A stretch of DNA of 57,267 nucleotides from Candidatus Berkelbacteria bacterium (GTDB lineage: Bacteria; Patescibacteriota; UBA1384; 2-12-FULL-50-11): the NCBI GenBank assembly GCA_024654065.1, contig JANLIQ010000056.1, positions 1 to 57,267 on the forward strand. Reading direction: 5' to 3'. Below the pieces are notes generated by a model. The model was not told the origin of the DNA. It searched no databases and saw nothing but the letters and a program-made list of their open reading frames with translations. Shown one piece after another: positions 9,587 through 19,368 of the stretch (position 1 is its first letter; the number at the start of each line of letters is the position of its first letter). Both the position numbers and the translations under genes were made by a program.

Positions 9587-11827
9587 ATGGGTATTAAAGC
9601 TCGTTTAGTCACCTTAGCTAGCGTATTAACGATCCTTTTAACATTCACATCACTGTTTGTGACTATGGGTAGTCTTAAAACTCCCGGCAGTGCGGTGTTT
9701 AATGCCGGTTCAGAAGATCAGATGGAGTCGGTTAGTGTATTTGTTCACTTTAATACAGAAGGCCTGAGCGATGAATATAAAAACAGTTGGGGCCAGAAAT
9801 ACGGACTTGCCTATTACCAGCAGATTGTTCCTGCCCCAGGCGAGGTGAATCAGTTCCGCTTGTACTGGAATCTTTTAAAAGCTGGTGATGTACTTGAATG
9901 GATTAAAAGAGATCCCGAAGTTACTTGGGCCGAATTTCAAGGGATCGCCGAACCCTTATTCACCCCAAACGATACACAATTCAGTAGTTCGTGGCATTTA
10001 AATAGTGCTCGACTAGGCGCCCAAGAGGCCTGGGATATTTCATCCGGAAAGAACGTCATAATTGCGATCTTAGATACCGGAGTCGACTGTACTCACCTGG
10101 ATTTATCCTGTGTTCCTGGCTGGAATATGTTTGATAACAATTCGAACACCAACGATGTGCTTGGCCACGGCACGAATGTCGCCGGAGTAGTGGCAGAAAT
10201 TGGTAATAATTCGGCCTACACCACTGGGGTAGCCGGGGAAGCTAAGATAATGCCCATCAGGATAAGTGATACAAGCGGTGTGACCTCCTTTTCGATAGTA
10301 GCGGCTGGTTTGCGATGGGCATCTGAACAGGGTGTCAGAGTAGCAAATAATAGCTATAAATCTAGTAAAAGCTACTCCGTCCAGTACGCAGCACAAAACT
10401 TTGCTAGTTTAGGTGGTGTTCTTACGATTGCGGCTGGTAACGACAACATTCTCGAAACTGGTCCTGGAGCCCAATATGCCTTAACCATCGGGGCGACTAA
10501 TCCAGACGGCACTAGGTGGGGGAGTTCTACTAGGGGTGTTAATTATCTAAGTTATACCGCTCCTGGTTCAGGCATCCAAACGACCCAGAGGGGCGGTGGC
10601 CTAGCTATTCGAACAGGAACCTCTTTTTCTGCTCCGGTTGCGGCTGGTTTAGTAGCTTTAATGAAGGCCTCAAAACCCAGTCTCTCCTTTGCCGAAACCA
10701 AAGAAATTATCGGGCTGACGGCGACAGATCTCGGCGCACCTGGACCGGATGATTTGTTTGGTGGCGGTGAAGTAAACTTCGCTCGAGCCCTGCAAGAAGT
10801 CCGTAATAGAGGCGGAAGCATCAACACCTACGTTCCACCGCCTCAATGCTCCGACGGCATCGACAACGACGCTGATGGATTGATCGATTATCCGATTGAT
10901 GCTGGTTGTTCGAGTACATCTGATAACGATGAAACTAATACAGCACCGCCACCACCACCCGCTCAATGTTCCGACAGTCTTGATAACGATTCTGACGGAC
11001 TGATTGATTTCCCAAATGATCCAGGCTGTTCAAGCGCCTCTGATAATGACGAGACAAACGCCGCGTCACCGCCGCCACCGCCACCTCCACCTCCGCCGCC
11101 ACCTCCACCGCCACCGCCTCAATGTTCCGACGGTATCGACAACGACGCTGACGGATTGATCGATCACCCTAAAGACCCGGGTTGCTCCAGTACCTCTGAT
11201 AATGACGAGACAAACGCTGCTACTACTTCGCCAACACCACCAACTAATCCCCCACCGACGTCTCCTTCAACACCTTCGGAAACCGAAGCTGGAATCGCAA
11301 TTCCAACACCAGCCGCAGGAGAGGAGTATAAAGCGCCGACAACGAAACCATCGTCGCCTAAAATAACCTCTACCAATACAAAATCAGATAAGAAGACCGA
11401 AGTTGCGCAGTCGGACCAAGTCGAGGTAAAGAGCGCTCAAAGCGTAGAAACAACGTTAAACGAACCCGAAAACCCTCAGTACTTCGGGCGGGTATCAATT
11501 TCAGGCAAAACTCTGCCAAACATCGAGGTGGAGTTATTGGTAATGCCTGCCAGTAAAAAATTTTCAGAAACCTCTAACGCAGACGGTGAGTTTGAGTTTA
11601 AGCTAAAAGAGCAGCTCGAAATTGGGTCGTATACCGCTGCCGCGAGAGTCATTTCTTCTCAAAACGATATGCCCTACAGCAATTCTGTCGCTATCGAAGT
11701 AGTCGAGAAAAAGATGAATTCCATCACCGTCGAGGTGGCGGTGGCAATCTCACTGCTTCTTGGCGGTGGGCTACTGCTCGCTTACCGAACCATATTACCC
11801 CGACTGCTGAAGAGTAAGGATATCTAG
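9587..11827 (+). CDS. Surface-anchored S8 (subtilisin/thermitase-like) serine protease with Ca-binding-like repeats, polyproline linker, Ig-like domain and C-terminal TM
   Basis: Catalytic triad ILDTG / HGT / GTSFSAP, oxyanion AAGN; N-terminal signal/TM; C-terminal TM plus basic tail. Confidence 0.92.
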   Translation: MGIKARLVTLASVLTILLTFTSLFVTMGSLKTPGSAVFNAGSEDQMESVSVFVHFNTEGLSDEYKNSWGQKYGLAYYQQIVPAPGEVNQFRLYWNLLKAGDVLEWIKRDPEVTWAEFQGIAEPLFTPNDTQFSSSWHLNSARLGAQEAWDISSGKNVIIAILDTGVDCTHLDLSCVPGWNMFDNNSNTNDVLGHGTNVAGVVAEIGNNSAYTTGVAGEAKIMPIRISDTSGVTSFSIVAAGLRWASEQGVRVANNSYKSSKSYSVQYAAQNFASLGGVLTIAAGNDNILETGPGAQYALTIGATNPDGTRWGSSTRGVNYLSYTAPGSGIQTTQRGGGLAIRTGTSFSAPVAAGLVALMKASKPSLSFAETKEIIGLTATDLGAPGPDDLFGGGEVNFARALQEVRNRGGSINTYVPPPQCSDGIDNDADGLIDYPIDAGCSSTSDNDETNTAPPPPPAQCSDSLDNDSDGLIDFPNDPGCSSASDNDETNAASPPPPPPPPPPPPPPPPPQCSDGIDNDADGLIDHPKDPGCSSTSDNDETNAATTSPTPPTNPPPTSPSTPSETEAGIAIPTPAAGEEYKAPTTKPSSPKITSTNTKSDKKTEVAQSDQVEVKSAQSVETTLNEPENPQYFGRVSISGKTLPNIEVELLVMPASKKFSETSNADGEFEFKLKEQLEIGSYTAAARVISSQNDMPYSNSVAIEVVEKKMNSITVEVAVAISLLLGGGLLLAYRTILPRLLKSKDI
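10844..11215 (+). repeat. Three 96-nt intragenic repeats (QCSDGIDNDADGLIDxPxDxGCSSxSDNDETN) at 10844, 10964 and 11120; 17-Pro tract at 11069-11119
   Basis: Direct comparison of the translated repeats. Confidence 0.92.
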
Positions 11828-11864
11828 CACCGCCTGGAAATACCTTGCGTTAAATTTTCTCTTG

Positions 11865-11937
11865 CGCGCCCGGCAGGGGTCGAACCTGCGACTTTGTGCT
11901 TCGAAGGCACACGCTCTGTCCACTGAGCTACGGGCGC
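11865..11937 (-). tRNA. tRNA-Arg(TCG)
   Basis: GCGCCCG/CGGGCGC acceptor; TGTGC-CTTCGAA-GCACA anticodon arm; GGTTCGACCCC; CCA not encoded. Confidence 0.95.
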
Positions 11938-11976
11938 ATTTATCTAACGTATTTTCCCAGAAAACAGTCTAAAAAT

Positions 11977-12951
11977 CTACCGTCTGATGGTTTTTGGAAC
12001 GATCTTTGGATAGTCGGAGAGCATCGAGTGCATTTCAGCTTTCGTCAGTAGGCCCGTTTCTGGACCAATCTTTGTAACAACTCCCGCAGCGTTTGCCATC
12101 CCCCAACGCATCGCTTCATCGATCGTTTCACCATGAAGCAGAGCTGCAGTAAAGCCAGCGCCATAGGCATCGCCACACCCAGTTCGCTGGACAACATTGG
12201 AAGGAATAATCTCGAGAAATAATAATTCATGTCCATCAAAACAGTACGCACCATTTGGGCCATCAGTAATTACTACGATCTTAACGCCGTAATCGTAGAG
12301 CGCTTCGGCTAATTTTGCGAATGATGCCGAGGCTGGTAGCTCAGTAAGATGCATCGCCTCTTCTTTATTAACAAACAAAATTTCTGTAATCGCAAAATAC
12401 TTTTTTAGAACCGTAACGCCGTCCTTAAGCTGAAATGAACCGGGATTAAAACTCAGTTTTGCTCCAGTCTTCTTGATAAACGCCGATACCTTCTCGTAAG
12501 CAGACTTGTAATCCTTGCCCATACTGGTCAAGTAAACCCAATCAACTGGTTCAAAGTTGGGTAGCTTATACTCACGAGGTTCGTGGTAAACAATCAGACT
12601 CCTCTCGTTCTGAAAGACAATCGCTGTTGAGTAGCTTGTCATCCCACTGAAATGCTGGATATAGCGCTGGTCGACACCTTCTTTTTCTAAGGCGTCTAGA
12701 ATTCTTTTACCGTTATCGTCATCCCCCACCACGCTATAAAGCTGACTCTCTAAGCCAAGACGAGCAAAAGATACGGATGTATTTGCCGCATTACCACCAA
12801 CAGTAAAAACTAACTTTTCCGCTAAAATCTTATCGGCATAGTGGATACAGAGCATGCATTTGGCGTGATGAAGCTCACACCTAACCTCGGCATCCTTCAA
12901 GAAAACAAAACAGTCTAGCGTCGCTTCACCAATCGATAGTACTTTTTTCAC
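11977..12951 (-). CDS. PfkB/ribokinase family carbohydrate kinase
   Basis: GGNAANTSVSFARLG, FVNKEEA, ITDGPNG, RTGCGDAYGAGF. Confidence 0.93.
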   Translation of the reverse strand: MKKVLSIGEATLDCFVFLKDAEVRCELHHAKCMLCIHYADKILAEKLVFTVGGNAANTSVSFARLGLESQLYSVVGDDDNGKRILDALEKEGVDQRYIQHFSGMTSYSTAIVFQNERSLIVYHEPREYKLPNFEPVDWVYLTSMGKDYKSAYEKVSAFIKKTGAKLSFNPGSFQLKDGVTVLKKYFAITEILFVNKEEAMHLTELPASASFAKLAEALYDYGVKIVVITDGPNGAYCFDGHELLFLEIIPSNVVQRTGCGDAYGAGFTAALLHGETIDEAMRWGMANAAGVVTKIGPETGLLTKAEMHSMLSDYPKIVPKTIRR

Positions 12952-12973
12952 TTACTTATCATAACAAACTTTT

Positions 12974-13003
12974 AAGGCCGACAGAGTGCGCACTGTCGGC
13001 CTT
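12974..13003. terminator. Perfect 11-bp hairpin, probable terminator of the 13042-13563 gene
   Basis: AAGGCCGACAG-8nt-CTGTCGGCCTT. Confidence 0.55.
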
Positions 13004-13041
13004 GAATTCGGGATTAGAGCGGGGGCCCTTTTTCCGGAAAC

Positions 13042-13563
13042 CTACACTTCCCCAGGAGCGGAAGTTTCCAGATACTTTTTGACCTTCCCAGGTAGCCAAA
13101 GTGTCGCGATAATAGTAGCCCTCTCCTTGCCTTCGCAACTTTGCCAAGCGACAATGTCGCCATCCTCCCTGCCGCTCAACGCCTGAAACATCGGACTGAG
13201 AGGAGTGACGATTAGCAGATCCTCAGAACCTGAGGCTACTTCAAACTTGGAGAGCAGGACGGCCTGTTCGGCCCCCTCCTCTGACGTTTGATCGAGGGGC
13301 GTCCACATCTTGACGAGTGCGCAGTCCCCAAGAATGAGTCCTGGCCCACCAGCTGGTCGTTCTTCGGGCAGACTCTTGAGCCAGCCGGAGAACTGAAATG
13401 ATGACTCGATGAGCCATTTCTCGACGCGTGCCAGCAAGCCGTTCGCCTGGAGTGTTTGTGCGATCGCTCCGCGATCACACTCACCGAAATCCAGTCCGTC
13501 CTTGAGTTTAGTCGGGTTGACAGCTATGCCGTCAAACAGTGAAGAGCGAGCCTTAACGCTCAT
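13042..13563 (-). CDS. Hypothetical protein with a GreA/GreB C-terminal-like motif
   Basis: IVTPLSPMFQALSGREDGDIV resembles the GreA C-terminal SPxGxALxGxxxGD motif; SD GGAGG upstream. Confidence 0.55.
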   Translation of the reverse strand: MSVKARSSLFDGIAVNPTKLKDGLDFGECDRGAIAQTLQANGLLARVEKWLIESSFQFSGWLKSLPEERPAGGPGLILGDCALVKMWTPLDQTSEEGAEQAVLLSKFEVASGSEDLLIVTPLSPMFQALSGREDGDIVAWQSCEGKERATIIATLWLPGKVKKYLETSAPGEV

Positions 13564-13699
13564 GTTATCCTCCGTGTTAATCCCTCCAGCATTTCTAGAG
13601 AGAACCGATCACAAACAACCGGTTTTTCTCTTATACCATAATTTGTCCAAGTTTCCCAGCTTAATTTTTCGTTTCTCATCTGTTAGAATATACGAGTAT

Positions 13700-13772
13700 G
13701 GTGCTAGTAGCTCAGTGGTAGAGCAATCGGTTGTGGTCCGATTGGTCGCAGGTTCGATCCCTGTCTAGCACC
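13700..13772 (+). tRNA. tRNA-His(GTG) with encoded G-1
   Basis: G-GTGCTAG/CTAGCAC-C; ATCGG-TTGTGGT-CCGAT; GGTTCGATCCC. Confidence 0.95.
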
Positions 13773-13847
13773 CTTTGAACCTGTACAAGCATATGCTATT
13801 ACTAGAAATACTGATTGATAACATTTAGTGATAAGATCGTTAATGTA

Positions 13848-14237
13848 ATGAAACCTAAAACTCATTCCCGTTTCGTCCGCTCTATCTATTTCTGGGTTGG
13901 TATCGTTGCAACACTGGCGTATCGAATCGTGATCGTCCTTAACCACATTAGCCCAACTTGGGTGCTAGCTTCCTGGTATATTGGCACGCTTGGCTTTATT
14001 ATCTACTTTGCCCATCGCTACCAAATATCGGAATTGCGGGCGAAATTAATTAAGAGAAATTCGCTGTCAGAAAAGATTAGTCGCGGCGACCAGCTATCGG
14101 CCGAAGACAAAGAAGCAATCGAATATATATTCAAAACCCTACAGTCATCGCGCGAGAAGTGGAACTATATTTTTATTTTCGTGTCGTCAGTTTTAGCGCT
14201 GATGGCTGGTATTTACCTAGATTTTATCGCCAAGTAG
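13848..14237 (+). CDS. Three-TM membrane hypothetical protein
   Basis: Three hydrophobic segments; ATG 13848. Confidence 0.7.
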   Translation: MKPKTHSRFVRSIYFWVGIVATLAYRIVIVLNHISPTWVLASWYIGTLGFIIYFAHRYQISELRAKLIKRNSLSEKISRGDQLSAEDKEAIEYIFKTLQSSREKWNYIFIFVSSVLALMAGIYLDFIAK

Positions 14238-14249
14238 CGAGAGCAGATT

Positions 14250-16067
14250 TTACTTCTTGGCTTTGGCGCGTAGCGATGAATTAAGAATTCTTTTACGTAG
14301 TCGTAAGGATTTCGGCGTAGCTTCTAGTAGCTCGTCATCCTCAAGAAAGTCAATTGACTGTTCGAGACTTAGAATATTCGGTGGGGTAAGAGTAATAGCG
14401 TCATCACTCCCTGCTGCTCGAACGTTTGTTTGTTTCTTTTCTTTTGTAACATTAACTTCCAGATCGTTCTCCCGAGCGTGAAGACCAACGATCATGCCCT
14501 CATAAACTGGTGTTTGCGGATTAATAAAAGTAATTCCCCGCTGTTGGGCGTTGTTGAGACCATAAGAAACAGCCTTTCCAGACTCTGAAGCGATTAGTAC
14601 CCCATTACGCATCTTAGGAATTGCGCCACTAACTGGTTCAAACCGCAAAAATAGGGAGTTCATAGTTGCCGTACCACGAGATAGCGTTAGTAAAAGGTTA
14701 CGCAAACCCAGTAAACCTCGAGTAGGTATCTCAAACACCAATCTGGTTGTCCCGTCATCATTTTCGGTTTGTGAAAGTATAAGACCCTTTCGTTTCCCAA
14801 TCTCACCTGTTATGGGGCTTGAGTAATCGCTCTTAACGTCAACTGTTAGCTCTTCAACTGGTTCCTGCAATACTCCATCAATCATTTTCGTCACCACCTG
14901 TGGCTTACTAACCTGCATCTCAAAGCCTTCTCGACGAAGTGCTTCGATCAACACTGAAAGATGCAGCTCACCGCGACCCCAAAGAATATATTCGCCTGTT
15001 TCTCCAGGAGTCATTTTTAGAGAAACATTAACTTCTAGCTCTTTAATAATACGTTCGTAAATTTTTTGGCTAGTCAATTGCGTTCCCTCCTGTCCAACAA
15101 ATGGTGAAGTGTTGGCTGAAACAGCCATTTTTAACGTTGGTTCGGCGATTTGGAGTGTAGGCAAAGCCTCGGGAGTAATGGCATCGGCAATAGTGTCACC
15201 AATCCGACAATTTCTCAATCCAGTAATGGCAACTATGTCGCCTGATCGGGCCTCTTCAGATTGTAAGCGTTTTAGTCCGTGAGTGCTGTAGACTCTATCA
15301 ATCTTAGAGGTCTCTCTCCACCCATCTGGTGTACCGATTGCTACTGCTAGGCCAAGCTTAGCAGTACCGCGGGTAATTTTACCAATAGCATACTTACCCT
15401 GAAAATTGTCCCAATCAAGTGCTGTCACCAGCATTTGGAACGGTTCATTGTGAGCGGCAACTGGCGAGGGGATATGTTTTAATATCGCGTCAAAGATTGG
15501 CGTTAGATCCGTATCTGCGCTTAGCTGCTCGGTTGTTGGAGCGCTGTCCCAGGCCTTACCGTCCCGACCAACAGCATAGTAAACCGGAAACTCTAGTTGA
15601 GCAGCATCAGTTGCTAAATCCAAAAATAAATCAGCCGTATCACGCAAAACTTTATCTATTTGGGCGTCAGATTTATCTACTTTGTTAATAACTACAATTG
15701 GCCGAAGACCGAGCTCTAATGCCTTTTTTAAAACAAACTTAGTCTGTGGCATCGGACCTTCTTTAGCGTCGATAATCAACAGCGCTCCATCAGTCATCTG
15801 CAGTGTTCGTTCAACTTCGCCGCCAAAATCAGCGTGCCCTGGCGTGTCAACAATGTTTATTTTTACACCCTTGTATGTCACGGCAGTGTTTTTGGCCAAA
15901 ATTGTAATGCCTCGTTCTCGCTCCTGGTCGTTGGAATCCATAATCAAGGTCTGGCTCATCGCCGCTTCATTCTCACGAAAAGTGTGAGATTGCTTTAAAA
16001 GCCCATCTACAAGAGTGGTTTTTCCGTGATCAACGTGAGCAATGACGGCGATATTACGAATTGGCAT
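14250..16067 (-). CDS. typA: Translational GTPase TypA/BipA
   Basis: [54 protein letters not shown]. Confidence 0.98.
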   Translation of the reverse strand: MPIRNIAVIAHVDHGKTTLVDGLLKQSHTFRENEAAMSQTLIMDSNDQERERGITILAKNTAVTYKGVKINIVDTPGHADFGGEVERTLQMTDGALLIIDAKEGPMPQTKFVLKKALELGLRPIVVINKVDKSDAQIDKVLRDTADLFLDLATDAAQLEFPVYYAVGRDGKAWDSAPTTEQLSADTDLTPIFDAILKHIPSPVAAHNEPFQMLVTALDWDNFQGKYAIGKITRGTAKLGLAVAIGTPDGWRETSKIDRVYSTHGLKRLQSEEARSGDIVAITGLRNCRIGDTIADAITPEALPTLQIAEPTLKMAVSANTSPFVGQEGTQLTSQKIYERIIKELEVNVSLKMTPGETGEYILWGRGELHLSVLIEALRREGFEMQVSKPQVVTKMIDGVLQEPVEELTVDVKSDYSSPITGEIGKRKGLILSQTENDDGTTRLVFEIPTRGLLGLRNLLLTLSRGTATMNSLFLRFEPVSGAIPKMRNGVLIASESGKAVSYGLNNAQQRGITFINPQTPVYEGMIVGLHARENDLEVNVTKEKKQTNVRAAGSDDAITLTPPNILSLEQSIDFLEDDELLEATPKSLRLRKRILNSSLRAKAKK

Positions 16068-16069
16068 TT

Positions 16070-17263
16070 TTATTGAACGAACGTCAGGGCTTTACCTTTT
16101 TGATCGGCTCGTCCTGTTCGACCAATACGGTGGATGTAATCTCCGTAGCTTTGAGGAAGATCAAAATTAATAACATGGGTGACGTTAGGGATATCTAGTC
16201 CTCGAGCGGCAACATCCGTTGCTACAAGAATTTGAGTTTTGTTGTCTTTAAACTCGTTTAAGGATCTTTGGCGTTGAGATTGGCTCTTGTTACCGTGAAT
16301 GGAAGAAGCGCTAAAACCACGCTCTATTAGGGCGTCACATAGACGCTCTACACCGTGTTTGGTTTTACCAAATATTAGTACTTTCTTGCACTCATCTGTT
16401 CCTAACAATTCATGGAGAAGAGTCATTTTATGAAAGTTGTCTGTGAAGTGAATTACGTCCTGATCAACATTAACGGAGGTCTCACGCTTTTTGACGCTAA
16501 TGGTTTGCGGAGACTGCAGGAAGGAGTGAACCATGTTTTTGACTTCCGGAGCCATAGTGGCCGAGAAAAAAAGAGTTTGACGATTAACTGGTAATTTCCC
16601 AACCAACATTCGAATATCTTTGATGAATCCCATATCAACTAAACGATCAGCTTCGTCAATTACCAGATTTTGAACATCACTTAAGTGAAGTGTTCGACGC
16701 TCAAAGTGATCCTTAAGGCGGCCTGGAGTACCGATTATAAATTGTGGGCGACGTTGAAGTGATCGGTCTTGATGCCCGTAGCCGTTTCCGCCGATACAAA
16801 CTGCTGAGTAGATTGGTAGTCCGTATGCAAACTCTTTTAATTCTTCATCGATTTGCACCGCTAGCTCGCGTGTAGGAACAATTATCAGGGCTTTTTGACT
16901 CCGATCAGAAAGCATTTTATGAATTAATGGCAGTAAAAATACTGCAGTTTTACCGGTGCCGGTATCTGCTAAGCCAATAACATCACTTCCAGCCATAACA
17001 ACTGGAATTGCCCGGTCCTGAATTGGTGTTGGTGTTACGTAACCATGACGAATAACACGGTCAACGACCTGGTTATTTAAACCGAAATCGTCAAAAGAGT
17101 GTGTTGGGGCGTACGGCAATTCAACCGGCAAGTCAGCCGATTTATTTATAAACAGCGACTGATTGACGCCGTTTGAGCCTGAGCTTGTACTGCGACGGCC
17201 AAAGCGTTGCTGGCGACTTCTCCCCAACGAGGGACGCTTCGAAGTTCTTGTATTGTTGTACAT
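16070..17263 (-). CDS. DEAD-box RNA helicase (RhlE-like)
   Basis: PTPIQ, TGTGKT, PTRELA, TPGRL, DEAD, SAT, HRIGRTGRA. Confidence 0.96.
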   Translation of the reverse strand: MYNNTRTSKRPSLGRSRQQRFGRRSTSSGSNGVNQSLFINKSADLPVELPYAPTHSFDDFGLNNQVVDRVIRHGYVTPTPIQDRAIPVVMAGSDVIGLADTGTGKTAVFLLPLIHKMLSDRSQKALIIVPTRELAVQIDEELKEFAYGLPIYSAVCIGGNGYGHQDRSLQRRPQFIIGTPGRLKDHFERRTLHLSDVQNLVIDEADRLVDMGFIKDIRMLVGKLPVNRQTLFFSATMAPEVKNMVHSFLQSPQTISVKKRETSVNVDQDVIHFTDNFHKMTLLHELLGTDECKKVLIFGKTKHGVERLCDALIERGFSASSIHGNKSQSQRQRSLNEFKDNKTQILVATDVAARGLDIPNVTHVINFDLPQSYGDYIHRIGRTGRADQKGKALTFVQ

Positions 17264-17504
17264 TTTCTAAAAACAGCCTTTCTACTGTTTGGTTCGACCA
17301 AGTTTGGTCGGTGGCTCCCAGACAGTAAGGCCACTTGTTTTTAGCAACAGGGCAACAATCCGAAAGCAAATATTATTTTGCTTGACGCACTTCTGTGACA
17401 CAGAGTATACGTAAAGTCCTGATATCATAGCAGTAGTTTGGATAAATGTCCAGCTCAAGAGGGTCCAATCGGCAAAGGGAGGTAGTTTCTGGTAACCTGA
17501 AGCT

Positions 17505-18752
17505 ATGGGGAGAGTAGCTGGGAAACATAGAGTAGTTATTGTGGGTGGTGGTTTCGGAGGTATTCGTGCTTCACAAGAGTTAGCCAAATATAGTGACGAA
17601 TTTGACATTACCTTAGTTTCAGATAAATCTCACTTTGAGTACCACGCCGCATTGTACCGGGTTGTTACAGGACGCTCACCGTTAGAAGTCTGCATACCTT
17701 TATCTACGATTTTCGAAAGTTCACCAGTAAATGTTGTTGAAGATACTATCCAGACTGTTTATCCAAAAACTAAACAGATACTTGGAAAGGATGGCTCCAA
17801 ATATTCATACGACTCGCTCATTCTCGCTCTTGGAAGTGAGAATGCCTATCTCAATGTTCCTGGGCTCAAAGAGCATTCATTCACCTTAAGATCCATCAAC
17901 GACGCCTTGCGACTAAAGGAACATATTCATGAGATTTTTATCAATGCGGCCATCAGCCTAAAGAACGGTACTCGCCAACCGATCCACATAGTCTTGGTTG
18001 GAGGCGGACCAACTGGGGTGGAGCTGTCCGGTGAGTTAGCAATTTACGCTCGTCATATGGCAAGACGCCACCGCCTTGACCCTAATACAATTATCATTGA
18101 TCTTTTTGAATCTGGTGAGCGATTACTAGGAACGCTAGATAAGAAAATTTCTGAGATAGCTTTTGAGCGCCTTCATTACTTGGGTGTAAATATTTTTCTT
18201 AATACCCCAATCCTTGAAAACCGAATTGAGGCTGCATATCTCGCTGACATGAAACTAAAAACTAAGACTTTAATTTGGACGGCTGGGGTAACGACAAACC
18301 CTCTTTACGCAAGAATAAAGGGTTTAAGCTTCAACGCTACAAACAAGGTCCTTGTTGACCTTTCTATGCAAGCTAAGGGTTTCCATGATCTTTACGTTAT
18401 AGGAGACGCTGCGGCAAGTATGTATAGCGGTATGGCTCAATCAGCCCTCTACGATGGTGAGTTCGTAGCCGAATGCTTAAGAAGAAAGTTGCATGGCCGA
18501 CCGATAGCTACCTACAACCCTCATAAACCTATTTTTGCTATTCCAGTTGGACTCGGTTGGGCAATCGTAGTCACAAAAATAGGTGTGTTTCGTGGAAAAT
18601 TGGGTTGGATACTACGTCGTGCGGCTGACTTTAGATTCTTTAGCTCGATTCTTCCCTTACAAAAGGCTTTGATAGCGTTTTCTGACGGATATCAGCTAAG
18701 CGAGACTTGCCCTATTTGTTCAAAACCAAATCGTTTGCACAGTAAGGTGTAA
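17505..18752 (+). CDS. Type II NADH dehydrogenase family FAD-dependent oxidoreductase
   Basis: GGGFGG, GGGPTGVELSGEL, IWTAGV, YVIGD, AQSA. Confidence 0.85.
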   Translation: MGRVAGKHRVVIVGGGFGGIRASQELAKYSDEFDITLVSDKSHFEYHAALYRVVTGRSPLEVCIPLSTIFESSPVNVVEDTIQTVYPKTKQILGKDGSKYSYDSLILALGSENAYLNVPGLKEHSFTLRSINDALRLKEHIHEIFINAAISLKNGTRQPIHIVLVGGGPTGVELSGELAIYARHMARRHRLDPNTIIIDLFESGERLLGTLDKKISEIAFERLHYLGVNIFLNTPILENRIEAAYLADMKLKTKTLIWTAGVTTNPLYARIKGLSFNATNKVLVDLSMQAKGFHDLYVIGDAAASMYSGMAQSALYDGEFVAECLRRKLHGRPIATYNPHKPIFAIPVGLGWAIVVTKIGVFRGKLGWILRRAADFRFFSSILPLQKALIAFSDGYQLSETCPICSKPNRLHSKV

Positions 18753-18796
18753 TAAACTAAATTTAAAAAGTAATCTTAAGTAGTGTAGGAGGGGGA

Positions 18797-19276
18797 ATGA
18801 ATAGTAAGATTTGGGCGTTGGCTCGTATTGCATTGGGACTTGTTTTTCTTTGGGCATTTTTAGATAAAGTTTTTGGACTAGGTTTCGCTACTAAAGCTAG
18901 TATGTCGTGGTTATCTGGCGGTTCACCAACGGCAGGGTATCTAGCTCACGCGACAACTGGACCGTTGGCACCGTTCTACCAGAACCTAGCAGGATCGGGA
19001 TTTGTTGACTGGATATTTATGATTGCCCTACTGGGAATTGGTATATCTATGGTATTTGGTGTCTGTATGCATCTTGCTGGTTGGGGCGGGGCATTACTGA
19101 TGGTAGCGATGTGGTCAGCTTCTTGGCCCATAGAAAACAATCCAGTAATTGATGAGCATATTATCTATGCTTTGATGCTAATGGGCTTTGGTTCAACTAG
19201 TATTGGGGACTCCTGGAGCTTGCGGACTTGGTGGAAGAGCACTGGCTTGGTTATGCGACATCCTTTTCTAGCCTAA
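18797..19276 (+). CDS. DoxX family membrane protein
   Basis: RIALGLVFLWAFLDKVFGLGF, GGSPTAGYL, NNPVIDEHIIY. Confidence 0.85.
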   Translation: MNSKIWALARIALGLVFLWAFLDKVFGLGFATKASMSWLSGGSPTAGYLAHATTGPLAPFYQNLAGSGFVDWIFMIALLGIGISMVFGVCMHLAGWGGALLMVAMWSASWPIENNPVIDEHIIYALMLMGFGSTSIGDSWSLRTWWKSTGLVMRHPFLA

Positions 19277-19302
19277 GTCGCTAGAACGTCACCACCGGAG
19301 GG

Positions 19303-19330
19303 TTGACAGATCCACCATAGCTGGTAAACT
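19303..19330 (+). promoter_or_regulatory. Sigma70-type promoter of the LysM/CHAP gene
   Basis: TTGACA-16nt-TAAACT with TG extension; downstream SD AAAGGAGG. Confidence 0.6.
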
Positions 19331-19368
19331 GGGAAACGTCCGACTGTAAAGGAGGTTCCATACCCCCG

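Noticed and set aside
10844..11215. Spaced direct repeats as a possible CRISPR array or second TR/VR pair
   Set aside because: They are in-frame protein repeats with mostly synonymous, non-adenine-specific differences; no cas genes are present
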